64,000 nucleotides of DNA, taken from contig NMRA01000279.1 of assembly GCA_002633005.1 (NCBI GenBank), positions 402,422 through 466,421 on the forward strand, in the 5' to 3' direction. The notes beneath the pieces were generated by a model, which worked only from the letters and a program-made list of their open reading frames with translations, was not told the origin of the DNA and searched no databases. This DNA comes from Phoronis australis (lineage: Eukaryota > Animalia > Phoronida). Positions within the stretch are counted from its first letter, which is position 1. Every line of letters begins with the position of its first letter. Shown here in pieces: positions 42,601-54,600 of this stretch. The translations under genes were made by a program, and so were the position numbers.

Positions 42601-45600
42601 GCAGGTTTGCTTGCAAAAATCCCCAGTTGCTCACTACAAGGACGTCCTGCCAAGATTAGGTGTTAGCACATGCATGCAGCAAAATCCCTACCTGCTGAGG
42701 GTTGCCCAGGACAAGTTCACCAAATCCAGCCACTATATGAGGCAGCTTATCCATCATGTCCAATAGTTTCTTGGTCTGTGGGAACTTCTTCAAAGTACCG
42801 ATTATGTCTTCGCTGGACGTGAATTCTAAATAAATCGAAAAACTACACCAATCACATTCATTATGCTGGGAGTGAGTAATAGATAAATGTTCATGTGTCT
42901 GGAGCTCTAAGACATCACACTTAAGTAAAACATCACGGATACTTCCATATTCAATAGAGGTGAACGTTATCTGCACATAGGATCTCTTGTCATATGGCCA
43001 ATCACTCCCCAAGCTTAAAATTCAGTTTACTTACGATATTTGGGCAAAAATGCTACACCAAAGAAAATCCGAGGCTACGAAAATATCCGAGGTTTTCCCG
43101 ATGGGGGTGTCATGTGTGAATTCCGCAGATGAAAACTCGCAAAAATGCAAGATTTCGCAGGGCTTCATGAGATAATTGCCATGTACTTTAAGGGAATGCA
43201 CGTACGTGATCACACTCAGCTTCGACCTCACTTAGATTCCAGCGTCTTCAGAACCTACGTTTGTATTTCTGCGACTATATATTGAGTAGAAGCCTGTTAC
43301 CTATTATTTTGTTCATGATGAATATGGCATGGCGCAGTGAGTCGTGCGCCTTGCTGACAAACTCCCTCATTTGATCGCACTTCCCCAAACTTGTCAGCCA
43401 TTCTTGAAGTCGGTTATTATCCCTGCAGGAGAACAAACAACATTTAGTAAAGTGATAAATAGAATGAATATATCTTAAGATACTTAGTCAATGCTAGTCC
43501 GCAGAACGTCTTCCATCATCCCTTGCACTGTTCAAAGACTCATTGAAGTGCCCAGCATCTTGAACCACAATAGTTACACTTTTGGGATACGACCGCATTG
43601 CCGTCCTACATCTCTCTGAAGAGGGCAAATATTAAAGGAGAATGCCACCTAAAAAAACAACCCATTTTGTATCAATTTAGATCGAGTAGGTCTACTCGAT
43701 AACGGCAGGTTCGGTTGCGTTATCCGCCACCTGACAGCAGACGGAGGTGTTGAAATTATCCAATGACGTAATTGGTTTCACACGCAGTCTGTTCAGCAGT
43801 TCGCAACACGGGTTAGTGGTGTTAACTTATCGCTTGAATTCATCGTTTAAGACCAATAAATCATCAAACTTCGATGTAACCCTTAAAAATACACCGAGTG
43901 CTTATAAAAACGTGTTGTTTTATTTCGCTATTAAGGATTTACTGGTATTTGCGGACACACGGTAGCCTACAAAGTTCGGCAGGCCAATTTACCAAGGTCC
44001 ATAGCAGGAGTTTGGGGTCTGTTCGGAGATAAATTCGAAGTATTCTTCCGTGAATTACAGACAGGAGAACCTTGATCTGTGTTGTTTATACTTGTGATTT
44101 TTTTAGTTCTAAACACACAAAACGCTTCCGGCCAGTGGCTCGGAACCCGATCAGCCCCGTCGCGGCCGCCGGGACTGGCACGTACATACCTGTAAACCAG
44201 CTTGTGTTGGAAACTAAGCCTCCAGTAATGAAAAGACTATGAGTGAGCCAAAGAAATAATGTGCACATAATTATTTATGTGAATTAACCACGAAACTGAA
44301 AATCTACTTACTTGACGGGGGCCGCGAAGTTGGGTTCCCCTTCCACAGACCGTAAGGACAAAGGTTGTACAGTAACAATTATTTGAATAATGTATTTGTA
44401 TTTCTAAATAAAGATTCCCGTAACATTTGACAATAGCATATAAAATCGAGTAATTGTTTCAAAATGGCTTTCTGTCAGCAAACACAGAATTAGCATGCGC
44501 TCACACGGCCTCGGTGCCCAGTCAATTACCTTTGTTGCCGGCATCAAAAGCCAGTAACGCAATGGTTTATTCATTGCTGGCTTCTCAGAACATTCGCACT
44601 CACGAGCACTCCAAGGCACTACAAACTGTATATAATGAGACAAACTTTGTTTTAGTTTCAGAGGTTAGGATCATTTTAGGATGAGAATAACTCATTTTGA
44701 AACAGAACGCAGAATAATAAACGTCTACGTGGCAACTCGCCCGGCGCCAATCCCGACTTCGGGTTCTCGAGGAAGTCGAAAAAACGATATACCCGCTTTC
44801 TTCACAGCTTCATAGTTTGGACAAGCGGGAACCAATGTACTGCAACATAGCGGCATTCACTCAGCAGACGAACCACTGACGTCGCTGCGTCGATTCTCAC
44901 CTTCCTCACAGGTTAACGCGACACTTCTTGGCAAGAAGCGTCGGTGCACTCTGGACTTTGGCGACTCGCGAAGTCGGAGACGATGTTAGTGGCACCAGAT
45001 ACTTGACGAACTGATAGCGAGAAACGGTGGACAGAAACGTCGACACACGAGGTGTGACTGAAAATTCGCCTCTCGAAAGCTTGTACACAAGGCTTGCTGT
45101 CTGTAAGTATGTTGGCAGGATGTGCTAACTGAATCAGATACGGGCTAAAATGTTTCATGGAGGCAGCAATGGCGAAAGCCTCAACTTTACATGGGAGCCA
45201 AGTAACCTGTCGTGATTTCAGTTTCGCACTGAAGAAGCCGAACACACGTGGCGTGTCCTCACGAGAGAGACATAGTGTACCAGCGATGCCTGGGTGCTTG
45301 GCGGAGGCGTCCGTGACTATCCATAGCTGGTCGTCCGGTCGGGGTAGATTGATAGTTTTATCCGTGGACGATGCCTTTTGGTCCGAGGTGAAGGCAACAT
45401 GTAACTCATCGATCCAGGTAATGCGGTCTTTTGATTCCGACCCAGACATAGCGATGTCCAGTGGGGCGATGAAAGATGCACAGTAAAGCATGACCCTCGA
45501 CATAGCTTTCACAGCTCCAATGAAGGATCTCATTTGTTGAACAGTATCACGTTTTGGACAAGACGAGAGGGCAGCTATCCGATGTGAGCTAGCTTGTAAA

Positions 45601-48600
45601 GTACCCATCTCCCAAATCCAGCCGAGGACTTCTGTGCGTCGTGGGTCTATGACTGTCTTCGTAGGCGATAGACGGGTTCGGCTGTGGACAGTGCAGACAG
45701 CACACTTTTCCATTTGGTAATCAAGTCTGTGATAGTCTAACCATCACAGTAGAGGTCGTCGGCAAGCTTGGTGACGGCCCCTTCTCCCAAAAGCTCGACC
45801 AATACCCGACATGGCAACTCTTCCGAACCGGGCATACCCATGGCGTAACATGCGTGAACACGGATACCTCGGAAAGGTGTGGATGCATTACAAGATTTCA
45901 TGGAATTTCGTGACAAAGGAATTTGGTAGAAGGCACTGGTAGGATCAGTCTTGATGAACTTCCATTGACCAATCATCCGAAGCACGGAATCTACGTCAGG
46001 CATGAGAGATGGTTGGAGCTTGGCGAATCGGCCGACGTTTGCAAATGCTGTTACTAAACGAAAATCTCCCTGAGGTTTCTTGTCTAGAAACGAAGGATTA
46101 AGATATTCTACTGTTATGCCCACATCCTGTAGACGGGCGAATACTCCCAGTAGCTCCGGATCATTGAATTTTTGTTGCAATCCCAGGAGTTTGTTCTTGG
46201 AGTATTGGGGAGGCGGCCTTTCCTCTGTGGAGGTTGCGTAGGACCCATGTTGACAACTGCCTCGAACTGTCCTTCGGCGCCGTTGTACCCGGGGTATTGC
46301 GGATCAAAAACGTGGGCGAATTTGTGATGCAGGGCGTGAAACCTGTCCCAACCTGCAGTATGTAAAATATTGTCGAGATCAACGGCGAGAAAACGATGGT
46401 GATCCAAGGTAGTTTGGGTTGATGGGGTACACTGGGTGGCTGTCGGGGATCCAGCTGGAACCTCTGGAGGAGTGAACACGGCAAAACTGTTCATCTCTTC
46501 GCAAAAATCGGGGTTCATCTGTGTTGTTGAATAAGCGAATCTTGCCATCAGTCGTGGCAAGGATGGCGGGTTGTGGCCATACCTGGGAAACACCCGTAGA
46601 GCGGAGACTAATGGTGTCAGTGCGAGGTTCGATGGCAATATCTTCTTCAGGATCGGCAAAATCAGACGGGGTCTCCAACTCAAGACCATCACCAGGGCAT
46701 ACATCTGTCACGTGAGGGAGAGTACGGATTACGTGGGACAGTCTTGCTGTAGGTCGTGGGTATTGGTTTACGGGTTTGCCATACGTGTATGTAGATCCGT
46801 CAGCCAACGTGATAACCTTGCGAGCAGGTCGTACTGAAATGTCATTGTAAATCATATATGGGGTTGCTACATCAAGGAACTCGATAACAAGACCGTCGAA
46901 AACGAAGGAATGCTTGTCACGTGTGAAAACAAGGCGAGTTTCCCCCACAACCTATAGAGTAGATGTACCATCGGCGTGGAAGGCGGTTTGGGACTTTTTA
47001 AAAACTTTTTGCGTCCAACGAACGTGCCCACGATGCGCTAATCATGTTTCCGGTCACACCACAATCAAATGTCAAACGCACGGGGGTTTGACCACCAAAG
47101 GTGTCGATGTAAGGAGACTTGATTATGAGGACGCGAAGCGCAACTGCGGAATCAGGACAGTAGTGGTCGTAAGATGTGTCTTGTGGGGAACCTTCCTCCG
47201 TCAGTGACGTCGTCAACGTCGGTGGACCGTGCTTTGAGAAAGGCGCGCTTGTCATCAGGCGGGTGTAACGGGCACACAGACAAGAAGTGGTCTGAGGGAG
47301 TGCGACGGGCGGTGGTATATAAGACGCACGACGGGGTTATACGGCAACCTGGGGGGTTTGTCTTAGAGCTGGTTATACGCATTGATTGAATGTCCTCGAC
47401 GCACCTGAGCTCATCAAGTAGTGAATTCATAGCGTGAGAAATTTCGGTCTTGATGGAGGCGAGGGACTTGTTGCGCAACTCCGCGCCGTACTGTTGCTTA
47501 TCAAGTTGGGGTAGACGAGGGTTGACCAGCTGTTACCATAAAAACACAATAGTATTTTCGATGGAGGGAGACATGTCTTCGTCGATGTCGACAGCTTCGC
47601 CATGATGCGTAATGCCCCACCCAACGGTAAGTAAGTTGTCCTCGAAAAAAGCAGTGAGGCGCTGGAATAGGTCTTCAGGACGTTAATTGGGATCTAATGA
47701 TATGAGTCCCAGGTCTAAGAAGTGTGTTCTTGCGGAAGCGAAGCCGAAATGTTGGTGGGTTTTATTCCAAATGTCCTGGACGGAGGTGGATGATTTCAGG
47801 ATAGAATTACCGGTACGGGATGACGGAACAAAAATTAACGAATTTGTCCCAGCATGAGCTCTAAGTGAGACAATTTCATGTGAGCAGAACGCCGCTGCGG
47901 CTCTGGGGTGTCTTCCTCGGGGTAGCCGGTCAGACCACGTAGTGGAAAAACGGCGGTTATCTCGAGCCAACTATTGCCGTCGACACGAAATGGCGCGAAG
48001 TGAAGATATAACGAGAGGAAGTAGGCCTACAACATGTTCTGCCTCCAGCCAGTCAAATGAGGTTACAGTCTTACTCTTAGTGAGCGGCCACTGTTTCGGA
48101 GCTCGGGTTGTAGCGATGTCGCTACCACCACTCCAGATAAACTAAACAATGAATAGTAAGTTTAAAGTGTTTCGTCCGCAAACGACAACACGAGACGGAA
48201 CCGGAAGAGATCCAACCAAACACAGTCCTACGAACAACACTAACAGTACAATGACGCAAATGGTAGCACATAGGGCCAATTGTTCACTTGCAATTACCCG
48301 TAAGTTTATTATAAATTATCATGAATACTCACAGGTTAGCCAAGCCTTGCAATATGACTAATGAGAATTCTTCCTCAATCTCTCGGTTGAAAATATTGCC
48401 GAATGCCTCGGACTTCGGAAGTACAAGACCAAACTTCTCTTCAAATGGTTTTGGGTCAGAAAAGAATGCCACAGCATGGGTAACAAATGACTTCATATTG
48501 TCGGCTATGGTTTCCAACTCATCATGGGTAATTGTGTCCATATTCATCGTCTGCGAAGAAAAGAATGGAGACACTGTTACTAGCAAAATAATTGTTTACG

Positions 48601-51600
48601 TCATTGAATTTGGGTGAGCTCACTTTAAGAGAGGCCATTAGTTCATTTGATCATCTGGGTAATTGCGCGTTAGGCAGTTTTTCAGTAGTGAAGTTTATGA
48701 CATTTAGAGAAATTTTCAATACAGATTAGAAATGCCGCATGATTCCTGTCTGGTTCACTGTGAGATACCATGCCAAAATGGCCACCCACATGGGTAGTAA
48801 TTATAGTTCAGTAAGGAACGTTCATTGATATGCATGTTTAGGCCTAGGTCTAGTAATTCTAGGAACAGTGTTAAGAACTCGTGGATGCGTCATGTTGAAC
48901 ATAACGAATAGCGAATTTGTTCCATTCGAAACAAAACGTAACCTGGTTTTAAACTAGGTCATTTGCCGGCACAGGCATTAGATATACGTTTGGTTGAAAC
49001 CTGAAATATGCTATGGGACGCCTTTGGTGATTTCGTTCACATCAGGGCGCTGCGGCGAATTCCGATACAAGTGGGGGTACAAGTAATCACTCCTTGGTAC
49101 ACGTGGGCAGAGCCGTAAATAACACAACATCGACTCGATTCTGTTCCTAATTGACCTATCAAGTGGATTTTGAGTGACGGCTTAACTGACCATTTAGAAT
49201 GCATCAATATTGGCACACCTTCATTTCCAAGCCGCCATTTTTACCGACAAACAACATGATGCCAGGTAAAACTTATTGTTTGTTAGTCGACATTACGCAA
49301 GGGGACGGAGCTGGCGATTGGTCAATTGTTCGAATAAAGGTGAAAATTAGTTCACTTGACATAGCAGTAGGTTAATGGGTGTAGCTTAGCTCTCAGTGCC
49401 ATGAATTCAAGGGTAGTGTGGAAAAGCCGAGTAGTGGATGCCGTACCCTTCCGATCAGCATTGCTTTGGCTATAACGACCAGGTACATTGTTTTTGGACT
49501 TTAAGTACGAGTCGTGCAAAAATTGAGTCGAAAACTGGTACAAAATATCATATTCTTCTTTTCACAATTTTCCATTAATCATCGCTTTCTTAAATAACAA
49601 AACTATCGTAAAACTTATGTTCCATGTCTCTTTTTAAGGTAGTACATCACAGGCCCAATTGATGAGTAAAGATGTATCATTGTGGATAGAGCATTCATCG
49701 CAGCAGCTTCGAGGAACCCATATTCTAATATCTTTGTCTTTATCCCGGCTAGCAATCTTTTGAATCATTGCTGGTTTAATTAGCCATTTACTCAATGTCT
49801 ACCACACCGGTTCACTTCATTTTTACGTTAGAATTGTACCCTAAATTAATTAACATTACAAGTTAATTAGGTCACTAATTAGTTAATTAGTCACTCAGTA
49901 CATGAAGACATTCATTACTACTGCTTCAATCTGTCACATGAGTAATTATTTCCGAATTAAATAAATTCATCTTTTTCTTCTCATGTACCAATACACCATC
50001 AAGAGCTCACGAGAAGTTTTCTAACGATACGACTCTTATGCATTTCTGTTAAATACGGAGCAGTTACGAAAAGTTTTAGACAGTAAAGAAGATGAGACTT
50101 TTCCTATTGGCCTATAATGAGTTTGATATCAGATTAGTGCTCGTGTGGTGCTTTCAACACGTGGATACGTTTTAAAGAAATTTGTAGACTTTCGAAATTA
50201 CTGTAATGCGTCTAGATTGATTTACATTACGCCCATCAGCTAGGCAGCCGCACTCACGACCGGAGTGCTGAGGAGAAAGCACAGACCCTCCGTTTGACAA
50301 TGTTTGGGACCATTAGACAACAAAGTGGTCCAAAAAAAATCTCAATGAAATTTGTTCGGAAGAAGATTTGGATGATAACAGTTCTGAACTTATTTTTGAC
50401 TAAACAAAAATTCCACCCTAGACCCTATATTCCATACCACGAAAAGACACAGGAACAAATAAATGTACTTGAATGTCCTGTGCAACTTCATCCGCGTGAG
50501 ATCAAAGTTGACATGCTATAGAGTTCAGTGGGTCACAAGTATTTTTGTGCAGATCAATGGTTAGTGGAAAGAAAGTGAAACCGGTGAGAATCGAAAAATG
50601 TCCACTTTTTAAATATTCGTTGTTTGGTAGCACTAGAAACCCGCTATCAAAATTGAGTTGCTTATTTTTGTGTGTTTTTGTGCAAGCCACAATGCACGAT
50701 ATGCACGTCGCGTTGTTCACCTTGGAGCGTTTGATCTTCATTGTTAGATTATTTGTTACGATAGCATTTCCGAAAATAGGCTTCCAGGATACATTCATGC
50801 GGCGTATTTGAAAAGTGGGCATGCCCAAAACTCAAAACAGTCGTTAGGATATTAATGGACACCAACAGGCTATAACCATAAAAATCCGTGACAAATCTCT
50901 TCTGTTGGCGCGACACATGTAGGAGTTTTTAATCCATGGTTGTACTTCAGCACCTACTAGTCATTACCACGTAACCTATCGGTACAACCATATACGGTAT
51001 TTAAATTGGCTCAATTTTCCAGGAATACCCGTTTATTGAAACTTAATCTCCGTCCTGTACTTTGAATAGACATGCAAATTCCACCTTAAAATGAATTTAA
51101 AAAGCTTACCATCATGACGAGGTCTTTCACCATTCTAGTGTCCCTCGTGAGGTCCATATAAAGCTGGGTCAAGTTGGTAGACAAAACCTTACAGACAAGA
51201 GTCTGCAGGTCAGTCATATTAATTTTGTTGGCTTTAGGTTCTGCTATCAGTTTCTTGAATACACTGGCATCTGAGCACATCGCTGCACGGTTACCGCAAG
51301 ACATCCAGTCGCACAGCTACGTGTAATAAAAACAACATTACTGTTCCTACTTCTATACATTTGGTTTGACTAGTTCTACTACTTGTACTAATTCTGTTGC
51401 TAGCACAACTGCTGTAACTATCTACTTCTACTACTATTACTACTACTGATTACTAGTACGGCTAAAGACTCATTTGCCATTATTACTGCAGTTCTACTAG
51501 TGTGCTAGTGACACTGAAATAACTTAAGTGTGTATGTGTGGGGGGGGGGGNATCTTCATATATATGCGCTTGTGTGCATATGAGGTATACATCATGTCAC

Positions 51601-54600
51601 ATATGTATGTTGGGGCATATTATCACCATCCTGTCAAGGAGTACCCCCGCTCGATATCTCATCAACCCTGGTCCGAACTTAAAAAAATTTGGGACAAATA
51701 TGTTACAACGGTGTATGTCATTTTTCAATCTACCGGCCCTCAGGGTCACAGGGATGGGCTTTTCAGGTTTTTGGGGAGGGAGATGATGGACAGATTTCAA
51801 CGAAAATTGACAGAAAAATAAGTGACGGCAATGGGCTTGCACCTATAGCCATTTAGCTGTCGACAATATTCTTTTTCAGCTGCATGTTTTTAGGAAGAAA
51901 GTTTCCGGGTGATAACAACACAATAATTGAATTGAAAAACATACATGTATTTCATTGAAACTTGACACGTAGGTGCGTAACGGTATTGCGCCAGCATCAT
52001 TTCATTTTGGGACAGCTTTGAGCTCTGCAACTCCCCTTGTGGCCATCTTGTCTGGTTGTCATGTTTTCCCGTTGTTTGCTCGATACTTCAAAAACTCTTG
52101 GCCCCGGGTTCTATTTGTTTTACCCAAATTCGAATTTGGAATTAATGGGCCTTTTCAAGACTTGTTATAAGAAATAGCGATTCAGAATATCTAGAAAACT
52201 GATCAACGGATTTTAGTAAATCTCGACACAGAGGTAGGTGACAGCAATCGGCCTACACCAGCCCATTTTCCGACAAATTTGATCTGTACAGCACCCTCTG
52301 GTGGCCGTTTTGGTTTCGACTAGGTGCTTTTCACCACTTGTTGAGGGAAAAGAGTTTCCGGGTGATGTCTAGAGAACCAATTGACGGTTTTCAATGGAAC
52401 TTAACTCACCGGTATGCGGCAGCAATGTGCCACGATAAACTAGCCTTTTCGGGTGTTAAAAAATGTCATTGCATCTTCCTATGGTATGTATTATACGTGA
52501 TGATGATATTAGGGAATATTGAAACGTCGCGATATGAAGCAGAGCGTTTTGTTTGTAAATCACGCCCGTATAAATTATGTTTAAGCCGCAAATAACTGAT
52601 CTACACCGTTAAAAGTTAATTTATGCCACAGATTATTGATTTACAACATAGAAAAATTATGTCTCAAATAATTTTAATTAAAATTAAAATTAAAGTTAAA
52701 ACTTTCGCCATAAATAGCAAATTTATGCAAGTAATTTGTGAAACGTTCACGCCATTTGGCCAATGATAGAGACATACACTTTGCGGCTCTCTCGAGGCGC
52801 ATATCTGCACTTCCTCTTGCTGTTGTTAAATCACATAACAATGCTGTTGCAAACACAGAAGTCAGGGCTGTGGATGTGAAATTAGCTATGAGGGACCTAG
52901 GCCGAGCTATTCGACATAGTTTTTGATGAAAGAAAGAAGAACACGAAGAACTAGTCTTGAGGTAGAAAGTCCATAGATTTTGCAAAGGAACTGAATTTTT
53001 GACACGTAAATTGTCACGTACCTTACTGCCATCTTTCATTACAGACAGCCACGTCATCACGACAGACTCAGATATTGCCGGTGACATTTCAATTACTTCC
53101 GACACATATCCCAACTCAGGAACAGAATGTTGAAACCAGTCAGTGTAACCTAAAATAATGAATATGAGAAGTTCTGTGACGCATCCTGGAACACGAGGAG
53201 AATCCAATTCTATGAATTCTTGGACTTAGACTAAATGTTACTTCGATCTCACTCAATGACCGACGTAGATTTGTCGAATAACACCTGGGAGTTATACCTT
53301 TTTCATGTTATCATACTCTTTGGTAATGAATTGCATTGAACTGCATTCTTGCTCTGTCATAATAAAGAGCCTACATCTATTGTCGCACGCAACTTTTCGT
53401 CTCTGCAAACAGAGCACGCGCTCGTACTGTACAATACACAACTTCGTTGATCCGCAAGTTGGTCATGTCTGAATTTGAACACAAAAATGGCGAAGCAAAT
53501 GGAGAAGTTAAATGCCTTTGGATGTATATTACAAGAGCAACGCAGAGCGTTGAAATGCTTCCACGAATGTATCGCAAATGGTGTGCTTTTAGGGTTACTT
53601 ATTTGTATCATCAAAATGGCCACTAGATGGCTCAAAATACATCGAATCCATCTGAAAACCAAAAAATGTCATACCTTTTTTAAAGGAAAGCCACTTATCA
53701 AATTTCAATAAAATTCGTCGAGGAACTTCAGAGAAACAGAGGAAAACGTAAAAAAAAGGAATTGCCACCAGGGGGCACAACGGTACACCGATCTGTCCGA
53801 AAGTCGTGGTCTTCCGTTGTCAACTTCATATATTTATACATTTGCTAAATTTAATAAAGATCCTGTTCAACGTTTAGGAGATACAGCCATGGCCGCAAAA
53901 ACAAACAAAACTGTCACTAGGAGGCGCCACAGAAGTCGAAGTCGTCGGAAAATCATCGTCAACTGTCTTCATCACAGTACGAACATACATGCCAATTTTC
54001 ACAATCATCCTTAGAGTGGCTTGGTTGTTAGAAGGGCGGACGCCAAAAAACGACTCGAAAATAGTAAAAATGGCCACTAGATGGCGCAAAATGTCTCGAA
54101 TCCATCCGAAAACGAGAGGATAGTGTTAACTCATTAATAGATGCCTATGTGCCAAATTTCATGAAAATCGGTCTATAACCTTTGAAGACAGAAAGCCAAA
54201 CGTAAAAAACTAAAATTGCCACTAGGGGGCACAGCGGTATTTGGGTCGGTCTGAAGCACGTCGCCCTCTATGGTCAACCCCATAAGAACATACCTGCCAA
54301 ATTTCAAAAATATCCTGCAAGGGGTTTAGGAGATACAGCCGCGGACGCCAGACGCCCGGACGCCCAGACAGAGATGACGGCAATATGCGAACACATATAA
54401 ATATGGACGCATAAAAATTGGATAATTTTATTACGAGGGATATAGAATATGATGACACAGTGTGCAAGTCTCGATGAAACACAGGTGAAAATCCCAATAC
54501 CAATAACAAGAAAGTCGATAATGAAAACGTGGTTATACATAAAGAGCTGATGGACCACAATGTTATTATGGACACTGTGTTCAAATGAGCTTTTCCTATT

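Noticed and set aside
34266-53149. A separate ABCA transporter gene
   Set aside because: No Walker A/B, ABC signature or multi-pass TM exons; the region follows a cleavable-type signal peptide and splices in phase into the mucin exons.
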